Counted from the stretch's first letter, positions 27,395 through 37,530 are shown. The stretch: DNA of 52,435 nt from Candidatus Doudnabacteria bacterium (GCA_016182875.1 JACPFQ010000002.1:1-52435); one strand, 5' to 3'. Notes: generated by a model from the letters alone, not told the origin. Numbers and translations are program-made.

Positions 27395-28563
27395 GTGTGT
27401 TTGACCTTTTCAAATGCTCTCAATGCCTTGTCCATTTGTTCCTTGGTGTGAGCTGCGGATATCTGCACACGGATTCTGGCCTTGCCCTTGGGCACCACAG
27501 GGTAAGTAAATCCGCGGACATAAATGCCTTCCCCAAAAAGTGCGGCTGCCATTTCGCTGGCCCGTTTTTCTTCCATAAGCATTACAGGAGTGATTGGGTG
27601 TTTGCCGTCGCCGCCCAAGGTAAATCCCAGTTTTTCCATGCCTGACCTAAAGTAGTCAGTGTTGTCTTTCAATTGCTGTTTGAGCTTGGTGAATTTTGCG
27701 TCGAAGTTTTGCAAAACGTACAAGGCCGCGTTGGCTATAACCGGAGCAAGGCTATTGCTGAACAAGGCCGTGCGCGAGCGCTGATGGAGCACTTGGATGA
27801 TTTCCTTTCGCCCTGCGGTAAAGCCGCCTCCGGCCCCGCCCAGCGCTTTGCCAAATGTCGAAGTCACAATATCCACCCTGTCCATTAACCCCTCGACAGT
27901 GCCTCGCCCTTTTTTTCCCAAAACTCCGGACGCGTGCGAGCCGTCGACCATGACCATTGCATTATATTTCTCGGCCAAGTCGCAAATTTGTCCAAGCTTC
28001 GCCGTGTCGCCATCCATGCTGAATACTCCGTCAGTGGCAATCAGTTTCCGTCGTTTGTCCGAAGCCAACTCAAGCTGGCCTGCCAGATCCTCCATATCCG
28101 AATGCTTGTAGCGAAACCTTTCGGCTTTACAAAGTCTAATGCCGTCAATGATGCTGGCATGATTGAGTTCGTCGGAAAAAACAGCATCACCCTCCTTCAA
28201 GATCGTTTCGAACAGGCCGGTATTGGCGTCAAAGCAGGAAGTGTAGGTGATGGCTTCTTCGGTTCCGAAAAATTTGCAAATTTCTTTTTCCAGGTCTATG
28301 TGAATTGTCGAGGTGCCGACGATGAATCTAACGCTTGCTTCGCCAAAACCATGCTTGTCTATCCCTTCTTTAGCGGCGCGAGCAAGCTCTTCGGATCCCG
28401 CAAGTCCTAAGTAATTATTCGCGCAAAAGTTAAGCAAGGCCTTGCCGCCGATCTTTACCTCGGTCCCTTGCTTGCCTTCCAAAACCCCGACATCCTTCCA
28501 CATCCCGCTGTCTTTGATTTCCTTAAGCTCTTCTTGAAATTGTTGCTGATAGTTGTTAAACAT
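27391..28563 (-). CDS. kbl: Glycine C-acetyltransferase (2-amino-3-ketobutyrate CoA ligase)
   Basis: NFCANNYLGL, SVRFIVGT, SCFDAN.G, GKALGG, YPVVPKGKARIRVQISAAH. Confidence 0.93.
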   Translation of the reverse strand: MFNNYQQQFQEELKEIKDSGMWKDVGVLEGKQGTEVKIGGKALLNFCANNYLGLAGSEELARAAKEGIDKHGFGEASVRFIVGTSTIHIDLEKEICKFFGTEEAITYTSCFDANTGLFETILKEGDAVFSDELNHASIIDGIRLCKAERFRYKHSDMEDLAGQLELASDKRRKLIATDGVFSMDGDTAKLGQICDLAEKYNAMVMVDGSHASGVLGKKGRGTVEGLMDRVDIVTSTFGKALGGAGGGFTAGRKEIIQVLHQRSRTALFSNSLAPVIANAALYVLQNFDAKFTKLKQQLKDNTDYFRSGMEKLGFTLGGDGKHPITPVMLMEEKRASEMAAALFGEGIYVRGFTYPVVPKGKARIRVQISAAHTKEQMDKALRAFEKVKHT

Positions 28564-28572
28564 AAAAATAAA

Positions 28573-29217
28573 TTATTTTTTCTTAAAAATCACCCACCAT
28601 CTTGCCCAAACTTTGCCATTCCTATTTTCCAAGATTTCTTTCGGCTCCCCCTCTATCTCAAAATCGTTTTGTCGAGCCAATTCCTGTAATTCTTCTAAGG
28701 TAAAGTAGTGCTGTATACCTCTTTTATCGCCTTCGGTATCGACAGCGGTATATCCATAATCAGCAACTTGCTGCCGCGGACTCATTGTGTCTTTGACCGA
28801 GCGGCCTTGAAAAACAAAAATAGAATCCGGCTTCAAGACCCTGGCGGCTTCTGAAAAAGATTTTTGAATATCCACCCACATGTTGTGATGAATAGCGCCT
28901 ATGCTGACAGCGGAGTCAAAACTCCCATCCTCGAATGGAAGTTGTGAAGAAATTCCTTGCCGGAGGTCAGCCTGAACTCCGGCTGCCCGCGCTCCCTTGA
29001 GCATCTCTTCGGAAATGTCGATGCCCACGACTTGCTTGCCTTTGTCCTCCAAAAATTTTGTGTATCTTCCCTTACCGCATCCTATATCTACAACTTTATT
29101 GCCAAATCGGCTTTCATTTTGTTGATATAAATCAAAAAATTCCGGGCGCTCGGAAGCGTTCCACGCGTCGGCACGGGCGTTCCAGTCACGTTTGATTTGA
29201 TCGTGGTAGTCTGACAT
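28573..29217 (-). CDS. Class I SAM-dependent methyltransferase
   Basis: VDIGCGKG, GIDIS, LPFEDGSFD, RVLKP. Confidence 0.9.
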   Translation of the reverse strand: MSDYHDQIKRDWNARADAWNASERPEFFDLYQQNESRFGNKVVDIGCGKGRYTKFLEDKGKQVVGIDISEEMLKGARAAGVQADLRQGISSQLPFEDGSFDSAVSIGAIHHNMWVDIQKSFSEAARVLKPDSIFVFQGRSVKDTMSPRQQVADYGYTAVDTEGDKRGIQHYFTLEELQELARQNDFEIEGEPKEILENRNGKVWARWWVIFKKK

Positions 29218-29220
29218 AAA

Positions 29221-30348
29221 TTAAAATTGGATTAAAAATTTCGGGTGCTTAGCCATCATATCTTCAAATCTCTCTTTAGTATACTCGGAAATAGGCAAAA
29301 TTGTCCCCTCGCCCCTGTTCAGTATGATGTTGAACAGCTTTTCCTGAACGCCGTTGCTTGCGTCTTCCATGAGCGTCCTGGTAGTTTCCCAAGTCTTCCA
29401 GACTTGCCTGCCAGCCACGCAATGCATGGTCATACCTTTCATGACCAATTTATTATAGTCTTCATCAAGCACAAATTGACCGTTTTTAAACCCAAATAAT
29501 ATCACGTTACCTCCTCTGCGTACGGCCGCAATAGTGTTGTTCACTGAGCTGTTAAAGCCGGCCATCTCAAAAGCAACATCAAAACCCACACCTTCGGTAA
29601 TATTTTTAAGCTCCCTGATAATCTCCGCGTCGTGTTCGTAAGGCTGATTTTTTTGCGACGGTTTTAAGGGAATGACATAATCTATGCCTGATTTGCCCGC
29701 CATCTCTCGTGCAATGGGATTGGGCTCGATACCAATGATGCTTTTCGCCCCCAAACCCTTGACTACAATGGTCAAGAACATTCCGATCGGCCCAAGGCCA
29801 AAGATCGCCACTGTCTTGCCGCGGACATCGACTTTTGAGGCGGCATGTACGGCGTTGCCGAACGGCTCCTGCATGGCCGCTACCTCTGGGCGGATCTTGG
29901 AAGTATCTGTCTTCCAAACAATGTGCGCGGGCACCATGGCGTATTCCGCAAACCCGCCGTCATGGGAAATTCCTAGAATCTTTTCATTAGTGCAGACTTC
30001 CTTCTGACCGTGCAAGCACTGATAGCAATGGTTGCAGACCACATGCGACTCGCATGAGACAAAATCGCCGGGTTCGAGGTTTTTGACTTTTGGCCCAACT
30101 TTTTTCACCTCGCCAAAAAATTCATGACCGATTATGCGATATGGCTTTTTTTCGGCGCTTATAGAATCCAAAATCTGATTTTTGAAAGCCTGGCGGTACC
30201 AAATCCCCTTATCCGTGCCGCAGACACCGGCGTAATGAACTTTGATGATGACGTCATCCCCTTTGGTAATTACCGGCTCAGGAACTTCGGCTTTCTCAAA
30301 GCCAGTCTTACCCTCCCAATCTTTTATTCTGAGTATTAGAGCTTGCAT
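29221..30348 (-). CDS. tdh: Zn-dependent L-threonine 3-dehydrogenase-like protein
   Basis: GVCGTD, GHEF, ESH..C..C..C.......C, QEPFGNAVH, G.GPIG; near kbl. Confidence 0.85.
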   Translation of the reverse strand: MQALILRIKDWEGKTGFEKAEVPEPVITKGDDVIIKVHYAGVCGTDKGIWYRQAFKNQILDSISAEKKPYRIIGHEFFGEVKKVGPKVKNLEPGDFVSCESHVVCNHCYQCLHGQKEVCTNEKILGISHDGGFAEYAMVPAHIVWKTDTSKIRPEVAAMQEPFGNAVHAASKVDVRGKTVAIFGLGPIGMFLTIVVKGLGAKSIIGIEPNPIAREMAGKSGIDYVIPLKPSQKNQPYEHDAEIIRELKNITEGVGFDVAFEMAGFNSSVNNTIAAVRRGGNVILFGFKNGQFVLDEDYNKLVMKGMTMHCVAGRQVWKTWETTRTLMEDASNGVQEKLFNIILNRGEGTILPISEYTKERFEDMMAKHPKFLIQF

Positions 30349-30349
30349 T

Positions 30350-32173
30350 TTATTCGACTGTGACGCTTTTGGCCAGATTGCGGGGGCGATCGACATCCCT
30401 TTCCAAGGCAACCGCAATATGATAGGCAAACAGCTGCAGGGGTATCGTGTTCAGCAAAGGTTCCAGCAATTCCATGGTTTTGGGAACGTAGATGATATCA
30501 TCAGCAACCTCACTGGCTTCAGTGTCTTGCTCGGTAGCGATAATTAAAGTGCGTGCGCCGCGAGCCCGAACTTCCGCGATGCTGTTCTTCATTTTTTCAT
30601 AAAGTTGATTTTTAGTTAAGATGGCCACTACCGGCACGTCCTTGGAAACCAAAGCTAACGGCCCATGCTTCATCTCTCCGCCCGCAAAGCCTTCGCAGTG
30701 AATGTAAGAAATTTCCTTAAGCTTCAATGCCCCTTCAAGAGCGACTGGATAATTAACCCCGCGGCCCATGAAAAGAATATTGCGGTATTTCTTGTACTGC
30801 TTCGCTACATTTTTTATTTCATCATTCTGTTTTAAAATCTCGTTCATTTTTTCGGGAATTTCCAGCAGCGATTGCAATATTCTCTGGCCCGTGGCCAAGG
30901 AAGTATGCTTAAGCCTGCCAAACTGCAATGCATAAAGCAGTAAAACCGCGATCATATTCGTGTACGCTTTCGTGGAAGCCACCGCCAACTCAGCTCCCGC
31001 GTGGATGTAAGTGCCGGCGCCGGCTTCTCTGGCTATGGTGGAGCCGACGACATTTACGATGCCCCGCACAATCGCACCCTTCCTTTTCGCTTCACGCAAT
31101 GCCATTAAAGTATCAGCAGTTTCTCCGGACTGCGAAAGCAACAGAACCAATGTGGACTTGTCGACCACCGGATCTCTGTAGCGAAACTCGGAGGAAAAAT
31201 CCACTTCCGTAGGCAGATTGGCCAGGCGCTCAAAAGCGTACTTGCCTACCAGTCCGGCATAGCGCGCCGTGCCTTCGGCGATAATCATTACCCTGTTTAC
31301 AGAGCGCATTTGCTCCTCTGTCATATTTAGGCCGCCGATTTTTGCCGTACCTTCCTTCATATCCATGCGGCCGCGGAGGGCGTCCTCAAAAACTATAGGC
31401 TGGTCAAATATCTCCTTAAGCATAAAATGCTCAAACCCGCCTTTCTGCGCCGATTCTTTACCCCAATCTATTTGCATTACATTCTTTTCCACTGCTTCAT
31501 TTTTCAAATTGACAATCTTGAAACCAGACTGCTCAATGGTCGCCACTTCACCGTCTTTTAGAAACTGAACCATTCTGGTATAAGGAGTAAAAGCAGTGAT
31601 ATCGCTGGCGACAAATTGCTCAAGGTCCGACATGCCGATGCATAGGGGGCTTCCTAAACGGGCCGCGACCAGTCGATCTGGATGATCGGCATGCATAACC
31701 AAAATGCCGTAAGTGCCGCGCACCTTAAGCAAGGATTTTATGACGGCTTCGGTCAGATCTCCGTCATAATTTTCGTATATAAGCTGGGCCAAAACTTCAG
31801 TATCGGTCTCTGACTCAAATTTGACTCCCCGCATGACCAGCCGTTCTTTCAGCTCGCGATAATTTTCGATAATGCCGTTGTGGACAATGGCCAGCTTGCC
31901 TGCCACGACATGGGGATGCGCGTTAAACTCCGTAACGCCTCCATGCGTTGCCCAGCGAGTATGGGCAACGCCCACTCTGCCAGGCAAATTCTTGCCTTCG
32001 ATTTTTTTTTCAAGCTTTTCCACCTTACCAACTTCTCTAACACGATTTATTCGTCCATCGTTAAGCACCGCAACACCAGCGCTGTCATAGCCGCGGTATT
32101 CCAAATCTCTCAATCCTTGCAGAAGGATTGGTAAAGCTTGTTGCTTACCGACATATCCGATAATGCCACACAT
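30350..32173 (-). CDS. glmS: Glutamine--fructose-6-phosphate aminotransferase
   Basis: MCGI, EYRGYDSAG, HTRWATHG, SQSGETAD, PRNLAKSVTVE. Confidence 0.98.
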   Translation of the reverse strand: MCGIIGYVGKQQALPILLQGLRDLEYRGYDSAGVAVLNDGRINRVREVGKVEKLEKKIEGKNLPGRVGVAHTRWATHGGVTEFNAHPHVVAGKLAIVHNGIIENYRELKERLVMRGVKFESETDTEVLAQLIYENYDGDLTEAVIKSLLKVRGTYGILVMHADHPDRLVAARLGSPLCIGMSDLEQFVASDITAFTPYTRMVQFLKDGEVATIEQSGFKIVNLKNEAVEKNVMQIDWGKESAQKGGFEHFMLKEIFDQPIVFEDALRGRMDMKEGTAKIGGLNMTEEQMRSVNRVMIIAEGTARYAGLVGKYAFERLANLPTEVDFSSEFRYRDPVVDKSTLVLLLSQSGETADTLMALREAKRKGAIVRGIVNVVGSTIAREAGAGTYIHAGAELAVASTKAYTNMIAVLLLYALQFGRLKHTSLATGQRILQSLLEIPEKMNEILKQNDEIKNVAKQYKKYRNILFMGRGVNYPVALEGALKLKEISYIHCEGFAGGEMKHGPLALVSKDVPVVAILTKNQLYEKMKNSIAEVRARGARTLIIATEQDTEASEVADDIIYVPKTMELLEPLLNTIPLQLFAYHIAVALERDVDRPRNLAKSVTVE

Positions 32174-32176
32174 AGT

Positions 32177-32923
32177 TTAAAGTTTGCTCCAGTTAAATTC
32201 AAAAATCATTTTCTGGGTTTCATAAATTTCCAGGTTTGAGATGATGATGCCGACAGGATTATCGCTGTTGTCCATGCTGATGTGCGCGACCTTGCCGCCG
32301 TAAATCAATTCATAAGTCGCCTTGAGATCTTTTTTGCTCGTCGGCATCCATTTTCTTTCATCAAGGCCGACCAGATGCCCGCCCTCGCTCAACGAAATCG
32401 TTTTGACCGAAATTTCTTGCTTGATTCTGCGCTTGCTGAAATCCGGCATGGCTTCATAAACGTTTTTGCGAATGCCGGCTGAGGAATACGCATAATAAAT
32501 CTTATCATCGCTTTTTTCCAGAGTCTGCAGGACATCCTCAAGAATCATTCGAATACCTTCCGGCCCTTCGTAAAATCTGGCTACCGGCTTGCCCCCTCTT
32601 TTCTCGAACATCAACTTAAGTTCAGCCAAGCCGTCCTGTGCCGACTGTTTGAGGCTTTCCAGCTGGTCTTGCTTCTGCTTAATAAGGTTTATAATTTTCT
32701 CAGGTTGAGAAGCGACGAAGTATTGATGCGTTGATTTATCCAAATAATTAACCAGGCCTTCCTCGAGAAGCTTTTTGAGTGCGTCATAAGTGGTTCCGCG
32801 GTTGATTCTGGCATGGGTTGCCACGTTTCGCACGGGCGAAGGCCCGAGTTCAATCAAGGACAAATACACCGCGATTTCTTTGTCAGATAAGCCTATTTCT
32901 TTAAGCAATGCCTCGGTTTGCAT
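32177..32923 (-). CDS. TrmB family transcriptional regulator
   Basis: GLSDKE..VY..L, R.TTYD.L..L...GLV, FYEG.EGI; alternative starts 32947 and 32962. Confidence 0.88.
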   Translation of the reverse strand: MQTEALLKEIGLSDKEIAVYLSLIELGPSPVRNVATHARINRGTTYDALKKLLEEGLVNYLDKSTHQYFVASQPEKIINLIKQKQDQLESLKQSAQDGLAELKLMFEKRGGKPVARFYEGPEGIRMILEDVLQTLEKSDDKIYYAYSSAGIRKNVYEAMPDFSKRRIKQEISVKTISLSEGGHLVGLDERKWMPTSKKDLKATYELIYGGKVAHISMDNSDNPVGIIISNLEIYETQKMIFEFNWSKL

Positions 32924-33044
32924 GAGTATTAATATTCTATTCTTCATGCTTACATTTGTCAATTCTATTTCTACAACTATTCATAAAATGCGGAATATCC
33001 CAATTTAAACTAGATATTTCTTGTCAGTAATCGTTTGACAAACT

Positions 33045-33074
33045 AAAAAGCCCAGCTCTTGACGAACTGGGCTT
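33045..33074 (-). terminator. Intrinsic terminator after ATPase gene
   Basis: AAGCCCAG..CTGGGCTT with T tract on the - strand. Confidence 0.65.
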
Positions 33075-33089
33075 GTCCACAAAATGTTA

Positions 33090-34877
33090 TCAAAACTTCA
33101 CGGTGTCGCCGGGGTTAAGAGTACTGGCTTTGGGCTCAGCTGGTTTTGGTTTAGGTTCTTCCGGCTTTTTGGATTCTAATGTGCTGACAGCTTTCTGCGC
33201 TTCTTCTTCAACTTTCTGCTGGGTCATTTTATTTATAGTCTCCCAAACGGGATTTTCCTGTTTTTTGCCCTCGGTTCTGCGGGGTTGGTCGCCCGCTCTT
33301 CTGCCCGGGTTTTGCGGCCGCTGCTCTTTTCTCCTGTCTTCGCGCTTTTCTTCCCGCCCATCTCCCTCGCCTCGCTCGACGCGAGTCGAAGCGGGGATGG
33401 GCGAGGCTCGCCCCGATGAAATCGGGGCGGCGAACTTAGCCTTCCGGTCAACTTTGGGGGCCAAAGGCGCTGTAGCTCTGATTTCAGAGGCCGGGCCGGT
33501 AGTTACCCGCTCGCGGTATCTCAACTCACCCTGCAAATCTTCCTGCTCCACCGCTTTGCTTTCTATCATGGCAACCTCGGCGTGAAATTCCGCTCCCATC
33601 CATTTGTTGATTTTTTCCTCTATCACGCTCCTGTCGTTTGCATAGCGCTCCCTCGAAACCTTGATGACCTTGTCTTCATTTTGGGTTGGGACCGAAATCG
33701 GCGGCAGGGTCGTGGCGGAAAAAGGATTGGAAGACACGCCGTTAATCATCAGCTTGAGAAGAATATTATACTTGGGCAGGTTCAGAAGGTCGTTGGGCGT
33801 GAAGGTTGGCTCAAACTCCGTTTCCAAATACTCCGCATCGTCGGCACCCACGCGGAAACAAATCATGGTTCCGACGTTCCCGAAGATAGCGTCGCGCACT
33901 ATCGTATTTCTGTCGGAAACCAGCTGGTTGATGTATTGATGAGCCACGATTAGGTTGAGCCGGTACTTTCTGGCTTCGGACAGAATATTGGCAAACGATG
34001 TGGTGGCGAAATTCTGGAATTCGTCGACATAAAGATAGAAATCCTCTCTCTCCTCTTCCGGAATATCCACGCGGCTCATGGCGGCCAGCTGCAGTTTGGT
34101 AATCAGCATCGCGCCCAGGAGCGCGGAATTATCCTCCCCGATCCGGCCTTTGGAAAGATTAATCAGAAAGATTTTTTTGTTGTCCATGATATCGCGAAGG
34201 TCAATGGTGCTTTTGGTCTGGCCCACGATATTGCGAATTATGGCCGAAGACAAAAACTGCCCGACTTTGTTCTGGATTGGCGCTATGGCTTCGTTTCGGA
34301 ATTTGTCGTTGTAGTTCGCAAACTCATCCACCCAGAACGAGCGCACCACCGGATCCTTGATGTTATCAACTATTTTCTTGCGGTAGGTTCTGTTGACCAG
34401 CATGCGGGCTATTCCAAGCAGAGTGTTTCCAGGGGAATCAAGCAGGGCAAGAATAGTATTGTTGAGGATATACTCCATCCTCGCGCTCCAAACTCCTGCC
34501 CAAATTTTGGTAAAGACGCCCATCAAGCCCGAGGCCACCAAGTGCTTGTATTTGGGGTCCACGGCCTCAAGAGGATTGAAGGCTATCGGATAATCGATGT
34601 CCGCGGGGTTGAAATAAACAACGTCGTTGACCCGGTTTGAGGGGATGTAGTCGAGTATTCGCTCGACAGAATCGCCGTGCGGATCCACAAAGGCAACTCC
34701 GTGGCCGCTTTGAATATCCTGCACGACCATATTCTCTATCATGGTCGTCTTGCCCATGCCGGTTTTACCAATCACATACACATGCCTTCTGCGGTCATCG
34801 CGGCGGATGCCGAAAGGCACTTCGCGATTGCGGAAGTTGGTTTTGGCGAACAAAGTTATGTCGTTGTCTGAGTTCAT
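33090..34877 (-). CDS. TrwB/VirB4/HerA-like P-loop ATPase
   Basis: RRRH.Y.IGKTGMGKT, DPHGD, YVDEFQNF, SEARKY; disordered C-terminal tail. Confidence 0.9.
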   Translation of the reverse strand: MNSDNDITLFAKTNFRNREVPFGIRRDDRRRHVYVIGKTGMGKTTMIENMVVQDIQSGHGVAFVDPHGDSVERILDYIPSNRVNDVVYFNPADIDYPIAFNPLEAVDPKYKHLVASGLMGVFTKIWAGVWSARMEYILNNTILALLDSPGNTLLGIARMLVNRTYRKKIVDNIKDPVVRSFWVDEFANYNDKFRNEAIAPIQNKVGQFLSSAIIRNIVGQTKSTIDLRDIMDNKKIFLINLSKGRIGEDNSALLGAMLITKLQLAAMSRVDIPEEEREDFYLYVDEFQNFATTSFANILSEARKYRLNLIVAHQYINQLVSDRNTIVRDAIFGNVGTMICFRVGADDAEYLETEFEPTFTPNDLLNLPKYNILLKLMINGVSSNPFSATTLPPISVPTQNEDKVIKVSRERYANDRSVIEEKINKWMGAEFHAEVAMIESKAVEQEDLQGELRYRERVTTGPASEIRATAPLAPKVDRKAKFAAPISSGRASPIPASTRVERGEGDGREEKREDRRKEQRPQNPGRRAGDQPRRTEGKKQENPVWETINKMTQQKVEEEAQKAVSTLESKKPEEPKPKPAEPKASTLNPGDTVKF

Positions 34878-34954
34878 ATTGTTTTAAAGTTTAAAGGTTA
34901 TAAAAGTTAAAAGAGGCATAAACTTTCTAACCTTACAACTTTTTAACATTCTAA

Positions 34955-36280
34955 CTAACCTACTGGCAGATCCGGAGGTGGGGCTGCTTTGACCGCTCCG
35001 ACTCTTTCTAACTGGGATACCCTGACGTTGGGCGCAACTGGGAAGTGGAAAATCGAGGCCAGCTCCTCCGTGTTTAAATACGTCTCCCCGCTTCCTTGCC
35101 AAATTTTCCTGCCAATAAAATAATGCCACATGTGCCGCATCCTCGTAAGCTTCCTTTGCCGCATGATCGGAGCCTCAAGCTTTTTAGAGACATAGTAATG
35201 AAGGTCAGTCCAAGTGTGCCCGGTATCGGGCTTAAGCCCGTTCATATTAATGTCGTCAAATCCCCGAAACGCGCCGACTAATTCCGGCGACCGGCGCCGC
35301 CTGTTGAATCTGTCCTTGGGCGCTAGATAAAGCAGCCTGATTTTAACCTCAAAAGTCAGCTTGCTCAAACCGTGCTCAATCGCGGCGATTACCTGCTTCT
35401 CGACATCGCTTTTGTGCAGCATCAGCGTCGGCGGCTCCTCTTTTATTTTTGTCGGGGCTTTCTGCTCGGCCTCGGGGTTGATGCCCATCAAATCGCGGAC
35501 AATAATGTCCATGAAAACTCTCGGAATTTCCATTATAATATCGAACAGCCCGGCAGAATTCTTTTTGGGCACGCCTTTCAGCTCATCTAACAGATGCTGG
35601 ACATGATCCTTCCAATCGTTGCCGATTGCCCGGATGACTAGCTGGTAAGCCATCAATTCGTAAGGCTCGATATTGCTCATGACTTCGATAATATTGGCCA
35701 CCGGATCGACGAAGGTTTTTTGCTCCGGATGCTCAAACTCGGTAAAGACTCGAATCGGATAAGCGTTGGCGTTCCTCTTGTTCAGCTGCGTGCCCCAAAA
35801 ATCAAAGTCGACTTTGTCGGGATAAAATTCATGCGGCATGTTTCTCATATAGTCTTCCACTTCCTTAATTTCCGCTTTCGGGTATTGCGCGAATATCGCG
35901 CTCTCCAGCAGATCCCTGTATCTTTCTGCGACTCGAAAAATATACGAGACTTTGCCGCCAAGGCTGACTATTTCACAGCTTATGTGAAGATTCATCTTCC
36001 CGCTCAAAACTTCTCCCCAGGTCAGGCTCGGTCTCATGGCGTGCAGGGCTGTGAAAACCTGCTCCATGGCCTTCGGCGAGCGCTCACTCAGCTCTTCTAT
36101 GCTGACCTCCAAGAAAATCCACTTGATCTTGGCCATAAACTTATTCTGATTCCTCAATACTGTCAGCTTCCACCACATCCAAACAAGCAGGCAGACCAGG
36201 GCTAAAAAAAATATCCACCCAAACCCGCCGCTTACCAAGGAATCTATAATGGCGAAGAGGTCCTTAAACGCCGAAATCAT
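34955..36280 (-). CDS. Membrane-anchored partner of the ATPase
   Basis: N-terminal TM, PKAMEQVF..LH, S.EIVS, AQYP, LN.EELA..FHFP. Confidence 0.8.
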   Translation of the reverse strand: MISAFKDLFAIIDSLVSGGFGWIFFLALVCLLVWMWWKLTVLRNQNKFMAKIKWIFLEVSIEELSERSPKAMEQVFTALHAMRPSLTWGEVLSGKMNLHISCEIVSLGGKVSYIFRVAERYRDLLESAIFAQYPKAEIKEVEDYMRNMPHEFYPDKVDFDFWGTQLNKRNANAYPIRVFTEFEHPEQKTFVDPVANIIEVMSNIEPYELMAYQLVIRAIGNDWKDHVQHLLDELKGVPKKNSAGLFDIIMEIPRVFMDIIVRDLMGINPEAEQKAPTKIKEEPPTLMLHKSDVEKQVIAAIEHGLSKLTFEVKIRLLYLAPKDRFNRRRRSPELVGAFRGFDDINMNGLKPDTGHTWTDLHYYVSKKLEAPIMRQRKLTRMRHMWHYFIGRKIWQGSGETYLNTEELASIFHFPVAPNVRVSQLERVGAVKAAPPPDLPVG

Positions 36281-37404
36281 TGAGCCGTTTGGGTTAATAC
36301 GTACTTATCCTTGCCCACTTTTTGGAAATATTTCTTATTGGAAAGCCCGACCAGTATCGTATTGCGCTTCACCATCCGGCGCTTGAAAACCTCTGTTATG
36401 ATTTCCTCCCGCGACAGCGGCCGGCCGGCTTGAGCAATCACCTCCCGAATCACGTCCGCGACAACCCCTTTTTTGTAGCCCCATTCGACGAGCGCATAAA
36501 TTCCGCGGCCGATCAAGACAAACCGGTCGTCCTTAATCAACTCGTTGTGCACGGTTTCCTGATAAGCGGTGCGGCTGTCAAATTTGCTGTCATTGATAAG
36601 CTTGGTGATCGCCGAATAATGCTCGGGCTTGCCGTGATGCTTAAGCACGAGATACGCTTTGTCTCCGACGTCGCGGGGTTTGACTTCCGACCAGTCCTTC
36701 AACCCGATTTCATTGAATGGGTTGATTTGAATCGCTTTGGATAAATTAAGATAACTTTTTGTCACCTTGTCGGTCAGTTCAAATTGGTGTTGCTTGTAAT
36801 AATCGGTTTCTTTGAATTTGGCGTAAAATTCATCCTGCGGCATCACCCGGCCGGCATTTTTCAGCAGTTCCATGAACTGGGCGATGACCTCGTCGAGTTT
36901 TTGGGAATTGAACCCGACCACGCGCCAAGCCTCGTAATAATTCTGGTTTTCGCGTTCATAACTGAACTGCCCGCCGACATGCAGTAAAAACTTCACCGCC
37001 CTGGATTCTCTCTGTTCAGCTTTGCCAGGCAGCAGGGTCTGAATCAAAAACTCCTCGGAAATAATATTGCCATGCTCGGCGATAGTGTCAAAAATCAACT
37101 GCAGGGCGCTGACCAGCTCCGCAGGCTTTTTCTTTAGCAGGACAGCCAAGGAATCTTTTTCAATCTGGCGCACCCGTTCGCGCGTAAGATTATACTGCTT
37201 ACCGATGGCTTCCAGCGTGCTGATTTCGGCATTTTCCAAACCAAACCTGGCGGTCACAATCAGCCGCTCCCTGTCTTTAAGAGTCGTAAGTAGCCTAGAA
37301 ACCAAACTCGCCGGTTCAAAAGTTGAAAGGTGGCTTTGAGTTTGCGAGCCGATTATTGTATCCAAAATGTTGGATGGCAAAACTTGGTCTTGTTTATCGT
37401 CCAT
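36277..37404 (-). CDS. Sigma70 region-4 HTH + HARE-HTH/RNAP-delta-like protein
   Basis: RFGL....TLEAIG....LTRERVRQIE, TVHNELIKD.RFVLIGRG.YAL.EWG; start ATG 37404. Confidence 0.85.
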   Translation of the reverse strand: MDDKQDQVLPSNILDTIIGSQTQSHLSTFEPASLVSRLLTTLKDRERLIVTARFGLENAEISTLEAIGKQYNLTRERVRQIEKDSLAVLLKKKPAELVSALQLIFDTIAEHGNIISEEFLIQTLLPGKAEQRESRAVKFLLHVGGQFSYERENQNYYEAWRVVGFNSQKLDEVIAQFMELLKNAGRVMPQDEFYAKFKETDYYKQHQFELTDKVTKSYLNLSKAIQINPFNEIGLKDWSEVKPRDVGDKAYLVLKHHGKPEHYSAITKLINDSKFDSRTAYQETVHNELIKDDRFVLIGRGIYALVEWGYKKGVVADVIREVIAQAGRPLSREEIITEVFKRRMVKRNTILVGLSNKKYFQKVGKDKYVLTQTAQ

Positions 37405-37419
37405 AATTAAAGTAAATAT

Positions 37420-37448
37420 AGTATAGCACAAAGTTTGATTTCTGTCAA
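37420..37448 (-). promoter_or_regulatory. Sigma70-type promoter
   Basis: TTGACA-17-TATACT with extended TG. Confidence 0.75.
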
Positions 37449-37470
37449 CTTTTGTGCCTAACTAAGCCAA

Positions 37471-37530
37471 GCGCATTTGCGAGGAGGCCAGAACCGAGCA
37501 TTAATCTCGGCTGGCCGACGAAGCAATCTA
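37471..37530. repeat. Family B half-element with inserted hairpin
   Basis: GCGCATTTGCGAG...GACGAAGCAATCTA. Confidence 0.75.

Noticed and set aside
27391-28563. 8-amino-7-oxononanoate synthase (bioF)
   Set aside because: SVRFIVGT, SCFDAN and RIRVQISAAH plus the tdh neighbour favour kbl
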